Assembly (NCBI GenBank): GCA_907165135.1
Contig: OU015567.1
Span: forward strand, 4,588,001-4,652,000
From: Oikopleura dioica
Lineage: Eukaryota > Animalia > Chordata
Direction of reading: 5' to 3'
DNA: 64,000 nucleotides
Shown here: positions 45,800-60,143 of the stretch, piece after piece
Position numbering within the stretch: the stretch's first letter is position 1
How the letters are laid out: every line of letters starts with the position of its first letter
Notes under the pieces: model-generated
Told to the model about the DNA's origin: nothing
The model's input: the letters and a program-made list of their open reading frames with translations, nothing else
Databases searched by the model: none
Position numbers and translations under genes: made by a program

Positions 45800-48700
45800 G
45801 CAGTGTTACAATGCAGTAAATCAGCGACAAACGCGACGGAGGCGATTCAACAGCGCATCGCAGCGGAGAGAGAGGATATTCATGTGTTCATTGGTGGTGT
45901 CAATGTCGATGGCGAGTTTGACAAAAATGAAAGAGAAGTTCAATAATGACGATTCGGATAATCATTGTTTTTGAAAGAACTGTAATTCAAAAGTGGGTTC
46001 TTCTGAGGGATAAAGATCCAAATTAGCATAAAATGACAAGGTTTTTGACGCATTTTCGCCTTCAAAAATGCATAATCAATTCATTTTCGTCTCAAAAATT
46101 GCCAACAAAAAGTATTATCGAACTCGATCTGAATAGAGCCCAGCATTTACGACGGCCAAAAAGTCAAATGTGGGCAGTTTTCCTTACAGTGTCCAAATTA
46201 ACTCTTGTGTCGGAGACGATTGTAAACAATGCGGAGGTGCAATTCTTCACGGCGGAGAGTTTGTTCTGACCTCTAAAAACTGTTTGAGGAGGGATTCTGG
46301 AGCAACGATAAGGAAAATGGAAAGACATCATGTCGTTATGACATTTGAAACTTGACATTTGACATTTGACATTGACATTTGACATTGAAATTTGACGTTT
46401 TACATTTGACATTTGTCATTTGTAATTTGACATTTGCCATTTGACAATTGACATTTGACATTTGACAATTGACAATTGACATTTGACATTGACATTTGAC
46501 ATTTGACATTGACATGACATTTGACAATGACATTTGACATTTGAGTTCATAAGTTCATCCAGAAGAAATTCTATTTGATCAGTCTCTTAATTTAATCTTT
46601 TTCCCGTTGTCTTTCCTCAATTAGCGTCATCATTAATGGTTCCCCTGCCCGAGTTCGTCGGGTAATCGACCATCCTGATAGCGTGGACGTGTCTATGATT
46701 AAACTTGCCCGCGAGTCGTCAACATCCATCTGCTTGCCTCCTCCATCATTCTGTCTGGACGGGAAGCCATCCACATGCGTCGTTGTCAGCCCCGACGGAC
46801 AGACGGAAACGCAAATCGAGCCGATGGAAGAAGAAAGATGCAATGTTCGCCACGGCTACAACGTCAACATAAACGGCCTCTACGAAAACTGCGCTCGATC
46901 TGGCTCATTTTCCCAGAAACAAGGGTGTTCTTTGCTCCTGGAAGCCCAATCATGTGCCGATTTCCTCAAGACAACACCTGGGTCCTGTATGGAATCGTCA
47001 ATACTGTCAAAGAATGTGGCGTCGAATCGGCCTCCGTTTACACCAAATTCAAGACCGTGAGCAGCTGGGTGAACCAATACCAATCCATTGATTCTGGCCT
47101 ATCCGAGCCGAACGAAGATGAAATATGCGACTATAACCAGCAGGAGTAGTGCGGGCCTCAAGTTGCCGGACAATGAAGACGCAAAAGGCTGGCAAAAAGA
47201 GGGAATTTGCGGTGTTCCAGATGTTCAGGAAACGGTCACGTGACCTACTTTTTGACCCAGAGGAAAACTTTATTTTCTTTCTAAAAGAAGAGAAATGTGT
47301 AGTTATAGTAACATTTTCTCCTGGAGAAAAAATTGCGGAACATGGGTGGAGCATTATGTCAAAACTCGTTCGTGATATGCGCTAAATTTCACGTAACCGT
47401 TCGAAAGCCAAAAGCACCCCAGTGGAATTCTCCGGGCGAATTATCGGCGGAGAGCACGCTGTTAAAAATTCTTGGCCTTGGCAAACCTACATCGTCTCTT
47501 GCCAACAGGATGGCTGCATGACTTGCGGAGGGACACTGATTTCGCCGTACTGGGTTCTGACTGCTGGCCATTGTGTTCCGACTGGATATGGGGCGCAAGG
47601 ATATGCTCTTTTTGGCGCGCATAAGATTTCGGAGAAGAAAGAGCATATTGACTCGATTGATATTCGGGAGTTCGTGATTCATCCATCTTACGAGAGGTAA
47701 ACAAGAGACCATAACTGACGTGTTATTTTCATCTTTATAAATTTTTCAATACTTTAATTACTGACTTTTCTATTCAAAAGTATATACAGAGTTTCTTCAT
47801 TACAGTTCTTCTTAAGACGAATCCTAAAACACGATATCGCTCTTGCCCGTCTTGTCAAGCCAGCACCAATGGGAGATCTTTCCGAAGTTCGACCAATCTG
47901 TCTACCAGACAGCTCAATTTGCCTACCGGAAGCGCAGGAAAGTATTGAATATTTCATGACTCTAGAATGGAAAGACCGAATTTGGGTTTCTCAAAAACCT
48001 CAAAATAAATGACAAGGAAGGGTCAATTTTAGAAAAACAGAAACAGAGGATGAAAGGGATAAATCGCAGCAGCGGAAGCTTAAGGTTCCCTATTGTGGTC
48101 CCTTTGAAATAAAAGAGAATCAGGGCGTTCTGCGCGGCACGTTATGTGGCGCGGCAGCCACGTTTTTGGGTTCTTCTAAGCTGGATTGTGGCGGGGGATT
48201 TTGGGGGCCGAGTGGCGTGACTTTTGCTCGGAGCCGTAATTGGGAAAAACGTAAACCTGTAGCGGGGAGAAGGGATTTTCGTGCAGCAGGGGAGACGAAG
48301 TGGCTATTAAGTTAGTTGAACTCGAATCGATTTTATAACTCGATTTTCACGGCTCTAGAATGACTTCTTTTATTATAAAAACTTGGAGATTGGACCCTCT
48401 TTTCAAGTAAAAGAACCTTTTTATGCTACGTTATTTGTGTGCAAAATAAACTTCACCTCCCTAACTCCGTCTTTACAAGCCTTTAGCTGGACCCTTTTCG
48501 ACTCAAAAAGTGGGGAAAATCTGCTGGTGACGTAGACGACACGTTTGTGGTCTCTTGAACAAGTCGAGTTTATTTTCAAAACCACTTTTGATCTCGCTGT
48601 CCATTCTCTCTATCCTAGGCCACTGCTAAGATTCAATCACAACAGGTCTGACAGCGGCAATTCAAACTCATTTTCTGACCTCCAAATTTGATTCCAAAAA

Positions 48701-49680
48701 AGGGATGACATCATATCCCTTCCCGGCATTTTTCAATACGGAAAAAGAAATGCGTCGCAGTTGGCTGGGGCGTCACGTCAGAAAACTCGGATCAATCGTC
48801 GGACATTTTGATGCAGGTGTCGGTGCCGCTCATCCCTCGATCCAAGTGCGTCAAACTGCCGAAGCCCTACAATCTCGTCTCTCCATATGCAATCTGCGCT
48901 GGGTAAGACTCCAACTGTTTTTGGACAAGTTTTTTATCGCTTGTTGAATTGAAACATTGATAACATGTACTTTTTATCACGAAAATTCAGATTCGATGAG
49001 GGCGGACAAGATGCTTGCACTGGCGACTCAGGTGGACCCCTTCTCTGTCAAACTGGCGAAGAATCGCCCTGGATTGTTTATGGCGTCACCTCCTGGGGAT
49101 ACGGCTGTGGCCGCGCTGGCAAGCCCGGAGTCTACACCCGAGTCAATTTGTACAACAAATGGATCACCAGCGTCACCGGCATCACTCCATCCATCAACGA
49201 CGATGATTACCCAAAAGTCTCTTGCGACGATGAAAACGAGAGCGAGCGTTTTTGGCGACAACCACAACCACGACCACCAGCACAACGACAACGACGACTA
49301 CAATGAAGCCAACAACAGAGCCTCCGACTGAGAAGCCCTTGCCAGAAAATCCACAGGATCTGTCAATTTGCTCGAACCCAGCTTTCGCTCCTAGAACATC
49401 CCTGTTTAATCAACTTCCAGCACACAGAAGGCGGCGACAAGCCAGTTTGGGTGCGAACTTCTTTTCAACAATTATCTTCCTCCAACCTCTTCCGAAAAAA
49501 AAGAAAGGAAAAAGCAGAAAAACAAAGAGCCCAAGTGCAGCTTTTTCTGAACTATTCGCCCTCAAGTCGAAAAAGCGACGATTCCAGAATTCGTCGAAGA
49601 TCCAAATTTTAAGCGAATTGTTGGTGGACAAGTTGCACTCAAAAATTCCTGGCCTTGGACTGTTTACATCAAAATTTCGA
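45800..49680 (+). CDS. Multi-domain trypsin-family (S1A) protease, polyserase/ovochymase-like, truncated before the gap
   Basis: Degenerate domain IYDGQK...[19 protein letters not shown]...APGSPIMC. Active domain [16 protein letters not shown]...TAGHC...HDIALARL...[13 protein letters not shown]...GVYTRV. Thr-rich linker, RRRR site, then another domain start [18 protein letters not shown] at about 49610-49680. 5' end uncertain. Confidence 0.85.
46340..46543. repeat. (T)TTGACA minisatellite in a protease intron
   Basis: About 28 units of ttgacat/tttgaca. Confidence 0.85.
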
Positions 49681-49698
49681 GTAAGTTTTTATAAAAAA

Positions 49699-49853
49699 GG
49701 GATGGTGTCTGGAACCGACAAAAAAATCGACAAAATTTGCGTGGGCGGCTACTCGGCTGGTGATTCGCCAGTTTCCGAATCTAAGAAAATTTCTTGTTGA
49801 AAATTCCACGCAAAATTTGTCGAAATTTTTATGAGGGTTCCAGACATCTCCCC
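49699..49853. mobile_element. MITE family B copy in the protease intron
   Basis: gggatggtgtctggaaccgac...gggttccagacatctcccc. Confidence 0.7.
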
Positions 49854-50000
49854 AAAAACGCATTTTCAATGAAATTTTGAAAGGGGTTCTTTGAAACTCC
49901 TGTAATTAGTATGCGAAGTTGTTTTTGTAAACCGCTGTTGTATTTATGTTATCTGTATGTTCAAACTTGGCGTTCAGGCATTTATCTTGACATGGGGTTT

Positions 50001-50500
50001 NNNNNNNNNNNNNNNNNNNNNNNNNNNNNNNNNNNNNNNNNNNNNNNNNNNNNNNNNNNNNNNNNNNNNNNNNNNNNNNNNNNNNNNNNNNNNNNNNNNN
50101 NNNNNNNNNNNNNNNNNNNNNNNNNNNNNNNNNNNNNNNNNNNNNNNNNNNNNNNNNNNNNNNNNNNNNNNNNNNNNNNNNNNNNNNNNNNNNNNNNNNN
50201 NNNNNNNNNNNNNNNNNNNNNNNNNNNNNNNNNNNNNNNNNNNNNNNNNNNNNNNNNNNNNNNNNNNNNNNNNNNNNNNNNNNNNNNNNNNNNNNNNNNN
50301 NNNNNNNNNNNNNNNNNNNNNNNNNNNNNNNNNNNNNNNNNNNNNNNNNNNNNNNNNNNNNNNNNNNNNNNNNNNNNNNNNNNNNNNNNNNNNNNNNNNN
50401 NNNNNNNNNNNNNNNNNNNNNNNNNNNNNNNNNNNNNNNNNNNNNNNNNNNNNNNNNNNNNNNNNNNNNNNNNNNNNNNNNNNNNNNNNNNNNNNNNNNN
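50001..50500. other. Assembly gap, exactly 500 N
   Basis: The round-number N run is typical of a fixed scaffolding spacer. Confidence 0.98.
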
Positions 50501-50530
50501 TCATTGTACTTCGTTCAGTTACGTATTGCT
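50501..50530 (+). other. Untrimmed Oxford Nanopore ligation adapter
   Basis: tcatTGTACTTCGTTCAGTTACGTATTGCT matches the ONT adapter top strand AATGTACTTCGTTCAGTTACGTATTGCT. Confidence 0.93.
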
Positions 50531-52016
50531 TCCAGCGCCATTGTCGGACATGAGGACGATTAAAGTGTTGTTGATTTGATTGCTTTTTGAGGTTTTAAAA
50601 ATGAGCGATTTATGCCAAGAGGGCATTTTTCAATAAAAATTTTCGGGATTTTCGACCAATCAAAAGCCTCAAAAATTTTGTGACGAAAAAATAATTTTTT
50701 CAACCCTTTTCCTTTCTTCAAGCGCTTTAAACAGCTTTCCAACCATTTCATCCGCCTCCGCAATCATCTCCCCCACAATCCCCACTTCCGTCGTATTTCT
50801 AAATTTCTCCTGAGAGTTGAAAGGCCCGTGCCCAAATCGCATCCCGTAGTACGCAAAGAACGGCTTTTCCGAATCAGCATTGGCTTTGATGAACTCATTG
50901 AGCTTCGTTGAAATGGTCAAGTCTTTTGTTCGCGAGTCGAAATTGGGCTGAGCGATCATGGATCGAGGGTAGTTGTTGGTGAACCGCTCGCCGTAGGTTT
51001 CTTCTTTTGGCCAGGGTGCGGCGACATAAGCGCCTTTCCAGAATTTGATGCCTGAAAAAAAGCTCAATGGAGGAGAAAGATGAAACGTTTTGAAGAGATT
51101 ATTTGTTCCAAATTATTCAGCAGGGGTCTTTTTCACAGAGTGCCCCCCTTAATTCATCTTCTAAGACGTCGAATTTTCTAGTGCCAAGATAAAGCACCTC
51201 TACGTACCTGTGTCTAGCTCTCTTTGAGTAGGTCCTCCTTCTGGAAAAAATCGCTGAATCGCCCACTCAGTAAACGGCTCAACTTGCTTCCCATTCTCAA
51301 AGTATCCATTCGGCGAGCAGCAGGGAGATTCCGCCGAGAAGGAATAGTCGAAGCCATGGTCGATTTCAGAAAGCATGAAGGTATAGTTTCCGGGTCGGAA
51401 AAACAGGCGTTTTTCGTCGAATCGATCGTTGAATTTTTCCCCGTTCGCGTATGTCTTCTTCCATTCGTTCAATTTCTTCCAGCGAATGTGATCCTCCGAC
51501 TGGATATCGTTCCTCAGCATCGTTTGGAAGGGTTGAGTTTTGCCGAAAACGCCAGTTGTGTAGCCAGCTTTTTGAACATGAGACCAAGATGTGGTTCTCG
51601 CCCGGGCTTGATGATTCGTTCTTTACTGTCTTTTAGAGAGTATCTTCCGGTGAGGAGCATGTAGCGACTTGGGGAGCAGCGGGAGGATCCAGAGTGCGCA
51701 TCCTTAATTTAAAAAAATGAGAAAAAAGGGCAAAAAATAATTTTTTTTTCAGATAAAAATCGAGAAAAAAAGCAAAAAAAATGAAAAATTTTAAAAAAAG
51801 TCTCCGTCAATTATGAAAAGTCATCTTTTTTACCTTAAAATTGACTCCTTCTGTCCCCAATCTGTCAATATTCGGCGTTGGCACTTTTGCTTTAGCCTGG
51901 TTCACTTGAAAATCTCCGACTCCAAAGTCATCTGCCAGAAGAAGAATCACATTTGGTCTCTTCCTTTCATCTGCGAATATTTGTGAAAAAATCGAAAAGT
52001 ACTTCGCAAGTTTCAT
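50530..52016 (-). CDS. Sulfatase, duplicate copy, 3'-truncated at the contig start
   Basis: Matches 8397-9890; a one-T homopolymer loss near 51570 shifts the frame. Confidence 0.7.
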
Positions 52017-53927
52017 TCTATTTTTTCTAGTTGACTTTTTGGTGGCGCGGCGCACTTTTATGCGCGCCGCCGTATTTTTGGTAGTCGCAAGTGCGCGCTA
52101 AAATTTGTGCACTTGCAATAGAAACCGTGTTTTCTACTAAATAAGGACGCGTCAGCAAGTACGTTTTTCGTCGGGATAAAAATATAAATTACTCGTCCGG
52201 CTGGTCCAAAAGTCTTGTCTTATTTATGTTTCACTCAATCACCGTCATTTTCAGTCCACGGCGTTTTTTATACTTCCTCAGCACAGCTTTTCTAAAACGC
52301 GAATTTCGCAAAAAAAGGAACAAAAACGGTCAAACGCGATTTTTTTTTGGTTATTCTTGTGGTTTTCTTGCATAAAAATTTTTTTTCAAAATAATTCATT
52401 AATTTCTTCTCACGTTATAATCTCATTTATGAGTAGTAAAACATAACGGGTCCGCCCTGTTAAAAACAACTCCACCCAAATGTCTGATATAAACTGATTT
52501 TCTCGATAATTTCTCAAATCTTTCGAAAATTATTTGAAAGCTCGCAAAAGAAAACGTGGCTGGCGGAACATTCAAAAATACTCTTTGCCACTAAAACAAG
52601 ATTTTTGGTCAACTCGTAAATTTTCATTTGAGCAAGAATTTCAAATCGAAAAATTATTCAAAAGAAAATTCTCCAAAATTTGGAAGATCTGATCAAAAAA
52701 TAAAAGTGCTTAAAAATCTAAAGCTTTTGGACTTTTCCCTGGGCAAGGTGAATAACAAAAAAAAAACTAAGCTTTAAAAATTTTAAGCTTTTTCATTTTT
52801 GACATGATTTTTCAGGCGGTGCGTTTTTAAGGCCGATTTAAACCCCGGTTGGCCGCTGACACCCTTAAAAACGCAACCCCTGAAAAATAATGGAAAAATA
52901 AAAAAGCTTAAAATTTTCAAAGCTTAGTTATTACTTTTTTTGTTAGTTACCCTATAGAAACATTAAAGAAAAAAAATGTCAACTACTTGAAGCTTTATTA
53001 ATAGTATTTCGGCAGATTAGCAAAAAATTTTGTCTATCATAAACTCATAAAAATCATTACTGATTTCTCCATTAGTATGTTCTTCCAAATTTCCCTCGAA
53101 AAGTGATTAAAGTAATTGTCCCTAATTGACTTACAAGCGCATAAAACTCGTTTCCGAAGAAAACGTAATTTGTTAAGATTACATGCTTAACGCTACGTGT
53201 TTGGTTGTTTCGAATCCAAATTATAAACGCCGTTAGACGGTCAGAAGTCATCAATAACAAAGTGGATCGTGGCAAAAATATGTTGCGAGTTTTTATCATA
53301 ACAATCATTTAATGAAGTCAGCATTCTAATTATGATCCCCGAGTTTTCTCGTTTTTAACCTCTCTGTGCTTGGCTCAGCAATCTGAGTGGTAAACTGACA
53401 AAGAAAAAATTCCTGAGTAAGGGTCTCTGACGGGGAGGTGTCTGGAACCGACAAAAAATTCGACAAATTTTGCGTGGAAATTTTTAACCAATCAGAGATC
53501 TGGATTCGGCTTAGCGGCCAATCGGCAGCCGAGAAGCCGCCTACGCAAAATCTGTCGAAATTTTTTTGTCGGTTCCAGACACCATCCCTCTCTGACTCAG
53601 CTTATTTCCATTGACAAGGATAAGTCTTTCATTCAAATATTTATAGAAACTGAGCTCCTGAGCTCAGATACCTGTGTCGAAAACCTGAGTCAGGTTTCTG
53701 AATAGCTTAAATGAAAAGCCGCACAGAAACCTGACTCAGGTTTTCGTCAAAGGTTGCTGAGCCTGGGAGCTCATCCTCTATGTATTTCAAAATATTGAAC
53801 ATATCCTTGTCAATTTATAAATGGTCGAATAAGCTAAGCGCTTTCTCGTACTGAATTAACGAAATATAATCTTACACTTTTTGAAACACAGAGAGAGCTC
53901 TGGAGAAAAGAGAATCATTCTTTGAAA

Positions 53928-55459
53928 ATGAAGCGAGAAATAATTTTAAGCCTTCTTTTTATTTTCCTGGCGCTGTTTTTTCAATTGGAAATTATGCGCT
54001 GAAAAAACCTGACTCATCAAAAATGCCGGAAATTCTAAACTCGTCTCTTTTTCGAAGCTTTCCCGAACAGAGATTTTCTGAAGACAATTTCAAGCAGATA
54101 AAAATACGAATTGAAAGAGAAGAATATTCGGGGATCATCTCAGTTGATGTCGTTTCATTTTCTGAAGGAATCGACTTTTGTTACTTTTATAAGTTGAAAA
54201 TGCCGAAGGTTCCTTTTGACATAATGATGATCAACGAAACTGATAACTCTCATGCGAACTGGAACCGTGAGTCATTTATTGCTATTTTGATGAGGATGAT
54301 TTACTATTTATACTATCAAAAAATGTTAAAATAAATAATTACACGCGACACTTTAAGGACCGCCCCCGTCAACAATTTTCGAAAAATCTATTTTCGGAAT
54401 TTCAAAATTTTGACCCCGGAAATGGATTCTACAGGTCAAAAAGAATTTGAGGCTTCTTTTGGGGGCCTATCTCGACTCTAACACCCTTAAAATCACGTTT
54501 GAAAATCGGACGAAAACTCACGAAAAAGTCCAAACTTTGCTAAAATCTCAGATTTTTATTGGTCAAAAAGTACTCCGAACAAGTTTTTATGATAAATTGA
54601 ACTTCTAGGAACTCTAAGAAGCCAAAATATGGCTTTTTTGAAATTTTGGGGTCCTTAATTAATTTTAAAAAGGGGATGAACCTTGTTCATGCTCTTACTT
54701 CCTGCAAAGAGCCCTTTGTTCATCCTTAAAGCCACGTAACCATTGATTTCTAGAAGGACCGTCAGTTTGGCTCAATGCTTCAATGGACAATCAAGGAAAA
54801 ATAACAGCATCAGAAGAACTCGCACCTCTTCTGGAAAGCTCGAAAAACAAGAACATCGACAAGCCCCTGTTTTTGATGCAGCATCATGATCCGATAAATA
54901 AGAGAATACAGACTTGCTACTACTTCTTTGACGGCAGGTTATCAGAAAGTTTTCTTATAAGAAATATCTTTACATTTGCGATGATCATCGATTTCTTGAC
55001 AACAACAGTTCAACGCCGGATATCAGAAAAAGGTGGATGAAAAAAATGATTTTTATTATTTTAATTTAAAGTGATTCTCCCGACGAGTTACCTTGCAAGC
55101 CATTCATTCTCACTGAATTGTTTCTACAAAATTTTATTTACCCAAAACGACTTCGTTGGGGTTTCGATAGCGAATTCTTCAGCGGCCTCACGAGATCTCA
55201 ATACGCGAAAAGAGACCATTATGACACAAATATTGAGCTTTGCAATGACGAAAGTAGGTAGAAATCACAATTTCATTACTTTATTTTGACAGCGTATGCA
55301 ATATACTGGCTGAGTTGCCGAAACGGGGTGCCTTGTCAAGATGGTTTTGACAAAGAATTTGGAGGTAAACATGCTTTTTTATTTTGCAATTGATTGTCGA
55401 ATTTAGGCCGATTGAAGGTGGTGCAACAGAATGAGTACAAAAGAGTCGTGTGCGTGTGA
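53928..55459 (+). CDS. Duplicate of the 11802-13347 signal-anchor protein (frameshifted at homopolymers)
   Basis: Same sequence at offset about 42126-42112. Confidence 0.45.
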
Positions 55460-55487
55460 CCCTTTTCATTCCGTCGAAGAAGCATCA

Positions 55488-56442
55488 TCAATCGCCACCA
55501 CTGGACCTGTTGTTGGTCTCTTCATAAATTTCGTTCACTCTTATGGCAGTTCGCATAAGCAAACCTAAATTTCAAAAGAAATTGTCTCGAGTGGTCTCCG
55601 TTTGCCCAAGTCGCCGTTTGCCCAAGTGGGCAGACAAACTGGGCAGACGGCGACTTGGGCAAACGGCGACTTGGGCAAACGAAGACCACTCAATTGTCTC
55701 ATTTAAAAAGAAACTTACAGAGTTTGATAGGAATTGAAAGATCCACGGGAAAGGTCATTGTTGCTTTGTAGTTGATGTCTTTTACAATTGATAAAAATCC
55801 ACCATCAGAAATATATTCAATTTGGCTGTCAAGAGTCGCACCTTCCTCCCCATCAACCTTGCTTGAGAAGAGAATTTGTTGAGCATTTTTTCCAGATCGT
55901 TTTGGTCGGCTGATATCAAAAACCACATTCGACTTGTTATCCAACAGTTGAGCATGAGGATTGCATCCAAAAACCTGCCTGTAAAATTTTTCTAACGACT
56001 CTACATTCTAGAGTCTAGAATCAATGATCTTCCTACCTGAAGCTTCCAAGATGCTCTTGTCCGGCAAAAACACCGATGCAAACTTCATTCTACAAATATT
56101 CTTAGCTTATCATTGAATAAGAAGTAAACAAACCAAGCAAAAGCAGAAACCGCACCATTGGCCTTTCTCCAAAGTCTCAGTTTTCAAAGCATTTCCAAGA
56201 GAAGGATGAGTGGCCGAATATTGCACTTCGAAATCGCAACAGCCTTTATGATTGACCTTTCCACTGATTTGGAAAAGCTCTTCGTCCTGACTATTCAAAA
56301 CAGTAACACTCATCTGTCCATATTTTTTCCGCGGGTCTTCTTGAAAAATCGCTTTGAATTGCGTTTCTAACAAAATATTTTCAAAAAAAAAATCTTAAGA
56401 ACCTAAAAAACCTGTTTTCAAAAACTCAAATTGAGAACTCAT
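55488..56442 (-). CDS. Duplicate scramblase-like gene
   Basis: ORFs 55699 and 56110 are identical to 13587 and 13998. Confidence 0.6.
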
Positions 56443-58159
56443 CCTTTATCTCTCTTTGAAAATCGATCAAAATCGACTTTGTTTGTTGTCAGAATTGCGT
56501 TATTTTTACGCCCGGGTGTAATTGTGGTTTACTTTTATGAGTAGGGTGGAGAGTTAAAAAATGGGCTTTTTACTCGGTTGCTAACGATTTCTACGAAGAT
56601 TGCTGACAAAGCTCATTTTTGGTATGCACTGACTACTAGTCAGTGACTACGTTGCTGAACGTCGCTCAATGTCGCCCAATGTCGCCAAATGTCGCTTAAC
56701 GTCGCCGGATGTCGCCTAATGTCGCCAAATGTCGCTGAATGTCGTCATTTTATTTTAAAATAGCTCAAATAATATAGTTATTTCCAGCGACATAAGGAGG
56801 CATTAGGCGACACTCAGCGACATACAGCGACATTCGGCGACATTCGGCGATATTCGGCGACATATGTCAGTTCCAGCTCATTTTTTGAATCTGACCTTGC
56901 TTTCATAAATTTGTTTCTTTTTAATTTATTAATGAAACTTCTCCTTCCGGATCATGGGCAAATGGAAACACGGAGTAAATTATTCATGGTGCTGTATTGT
57001 CTCCAAAATACTGGTCCACTGCCAAATTCGCCGTCACAGTCCAAAGACGCTCCTTGAAAACGCTCGAACTCCTGGCCCGCGGCCCCGTTTCGCGACGTTT
57101 GAATTTTTAGAATTTGAAGAGAAAAAAATCGAAAATTCAAAATTGAAAAAAGGTTAAATCCTCCTTGAGTCGTTTTTGAATCAGCTCCGCTGATTACTTG
57201 AGCCGACTTGAGCCACTTCGATTTTTTCATTCTCTGAGAAAAAAAACACCCGATATTCGATTTTGCCCCAAATTAGACACAAAGCAATTGACTTTTTTCC
57301 TCCGTCGGAGAAAGAGGATTGAGAAAAAGAGGAGAACATGCCGAAGAAAATGATTCCCGAAGTTGAGAATAAGGTGATTACTGAAATCTTGACTGGTTCT
57401 TCTCTCATCATAAATTCTAGCTTCAAGTCCAAACAATCAACGCCGTGGCGAACCTCCAAAATCTACGTCGAAACGCGAAAAAATCAAGCATCAAATTGAA
57501 GAAATTCTTCTCTTTCAACCGCCACAAAATCCTCGAAAACGAAGAATCCTTTTCCGAATTTCCCTGAACACCAAATATAAACGGTCTCTTCCTTGATTTC
57601 AAGCAATTTATTTCAAGTTATTTACAAATAGCTTCTTATCGGCAGCTGATCGTATATTTCTTCTTGCGGGATAAACGAGGGCTTTTTAATTATTTTAATG
57701 AAGTGATAAGTTCGAGGATTAAAGCCCTTTATCTTGGAGGAAACGAAGCAGAACCAGCATAACCTGGAATCGTGTGATGGCTATAATTTGAGCGTATCGA
57801 AGTATGCTCGTAATTAACCCGCTTTGAAGAGGCTCAACCAAGTTGCTTTTTGAACAAGAAATCGACAGTCTTTGAGACCTGATCCTGAGCTCCAAGGTGG
57901 TTCATTTCCATTTGTGATAAGGGGATATTTTGAGCATCACAAAAATTTTGATTGTTTCCATACTGATTTGCTGTTGAATAAGGCTGAGTTGCGACGTAGT
58001 TCGGGTCTGGTTGCTTATGATGTTTTTCATAAGAAGAAAAGTGAATTCAAGAGGAAAAAGTATTTTCTAAAATTATTAAAAGCTTACAAAATAAATCATA
58101 AGTAAAATTCAAATCCCTTTCAAATTCAACATGTAAGTTGATCCGAAAATTGCCCAAAA

Positions 58160-60143
58160 TTAACGATTCTTATCGAATCTTATCGTAATAAAATTCAATA
58201 TAATTTTTCGAGAATGCTTTGAAAAACTATCCTTAAACTGCATGATACCAGATGTGTTCCAAATTTGTTGAAGAATATTTGATTGATTCGTATTGTTGTT
58301 GTTGCTCAAATTATTCTGCTCGAGTGGCAGCGGCTCTCGATTTTTAGACTCGCTTCCTACTCGCATATAAATGAGCGTGCCAATTATGGCGAAGGAGAAT
58401 AAAACTCCGAAAGTAATCCCAACGATCAATCCTGGACGTGACTCCTCAGGTGCCAGTTCTCCGCCACGTTCCAAGTCTGCCAGCGCAGGGGATGGAATAC
58501 CAGTGATTTTGGAGATTTGCTGATTGCTGCACTTGTGCATCGGGCATTCTTTCTTCAACTGGGCAGATTGGCTTAGTTGAGAATGTGGTGGCGGGTAGAA
58601 AATTGCTTCGTGAGAGCCACAACAGTCTTTGAGTCCACACATTCTAGCGTCAACTGGACTTCCGCTTCGATCAAGACAGATGCGGATTTCTTCGAGTTTT
58701 TGAGCCTCTCGACGGCGACTTGGCTCGCAAGTACAGTGGATTGAAAAGAACTGAAATAATCTTCCATTTTCCACTTTTCAAAAATCTGAGAAAGCATCAG
58801 ATAGTGCTGAAAGCTCACCTTAATAGATCTGATCGCACCAAACGCTTGAGCCCGTTTAATTAACGCCTCATTTATCTGCCTAATTGTATAAGTGTTTCTC
58901 TTAATTCGGCTCGTTCCTATTTCTGTAATTGCTCAAAATAAATACTTTTTAACAATCAATTAGGAAAATCATTTAACATTTAAAGCGCAGCAAAGAGAGA
59001 AAAGCCTGTCCCTCGTGAGCTTTGATCTCTTCCAGCGCCAGAACATCGGCAATTTTGAATCGTTGGGCGATTCCTATTGTTGCTTCTTTAAAAATCGGAT
59101 GAGATAATCAAAGAACAAAAATGATGACTCAGCAGAATCAGAAAAGATCGTCTGTCCGCCTTACCCCCGATTGTCAGCTTCAATTAATTTTCATTGAATA
59201 ATTTCACCCGTTCCAAAATACTCATATGCATTTCTGAATCTTTCCGGTCTGATGGCTCCGAATTTGCACCAGCTCTGAGCCCAAAGCCATTCGGATCCAT
59301 ATTCCTCGCATCTTAGTCCTCTCTTCTCCCTGTTGTTCATATTTGGCCACTGCGAAAGGAGCTGATAGTCCAGGTTTCCAGTTTGATTTGAGCTCAGGCG
59401 GGTGTAGATGGAACAGCCTGAAACTTGGCTCGGCAATCTGTATAGAAAACCTGAGTCAGGCTTTGAAGAGCTAAAATGAAGAGCCGCAAAGCAGATCTTT
59501 AACACAGGTTGCCGATCCCAGGCCTGAACCCATCGTGTCGACTGGCCAAAAGCCCTTGATTTTCCAGCTGTTGAAATCGACGGCTTCGTCCATTGAGCAT
59601 TCGCAGTCATTTTCATGCGACTCGTTTATCGCCTCACAAGTTGACTTTTGGGGATTCAAAAAGGCCCTTCGAGGAATAAGTCAGCTAAGTTTGACGTCTA
59701 AAAATGGAAAGAACGATTATCGTGGAAGAAACTTTCACGTTCTTTTTCGCTTTTAAAATCCATGACTGGGGCCATTGTAACGCGAGAACATAATAACCAC
59801 GGTCTGTGTCAGCGGTGGGAAAGCTTTGAACTTTACCGTTGTGGGTTCCAGGACGGCCGATGATCTTTTCGACAGGCTGAATCATTGTCTGTTTCTTTCG
59901 AAGGTTTAATAAGAAGCATTAGTGACTCTTCCTCAAACACTCACAAGTTGTGAGTCATAACTATATTTTTGGACTTCGCGTAATACTAATTTAAAAATGT
60001 GGTTTATCCGATTACAAAAGAAAAAAATTCCCTTCTGAAAAATTTTTTTTTGTATTTTCAGCCTTTCACGGAACGTCTGCTCGACAAAAACGTATTTTTC
60101 CAAAGAGTGTAAAAATCAATAATCTTCCAAGTTCCGGCGCCAT
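58160..60143 (-). CDS. Duplicate membrane-anchored RNase T2-like gene
   Basis: ORFs 58160, 59191, 59471 and 59685 are identical to the first copy. Confidence 0.7.

Noticed and set aside
46164-46533. Minus-strand ORFs rich in MSNVKCQ
   Set aside because: Translations of the TTGACA minisatellite inside a protease intron.
49911-50579. ORFs of 176-222 aa spanning the gap
   Set aside because: They consist almost entirely of X from the N run and include adapter sequence.
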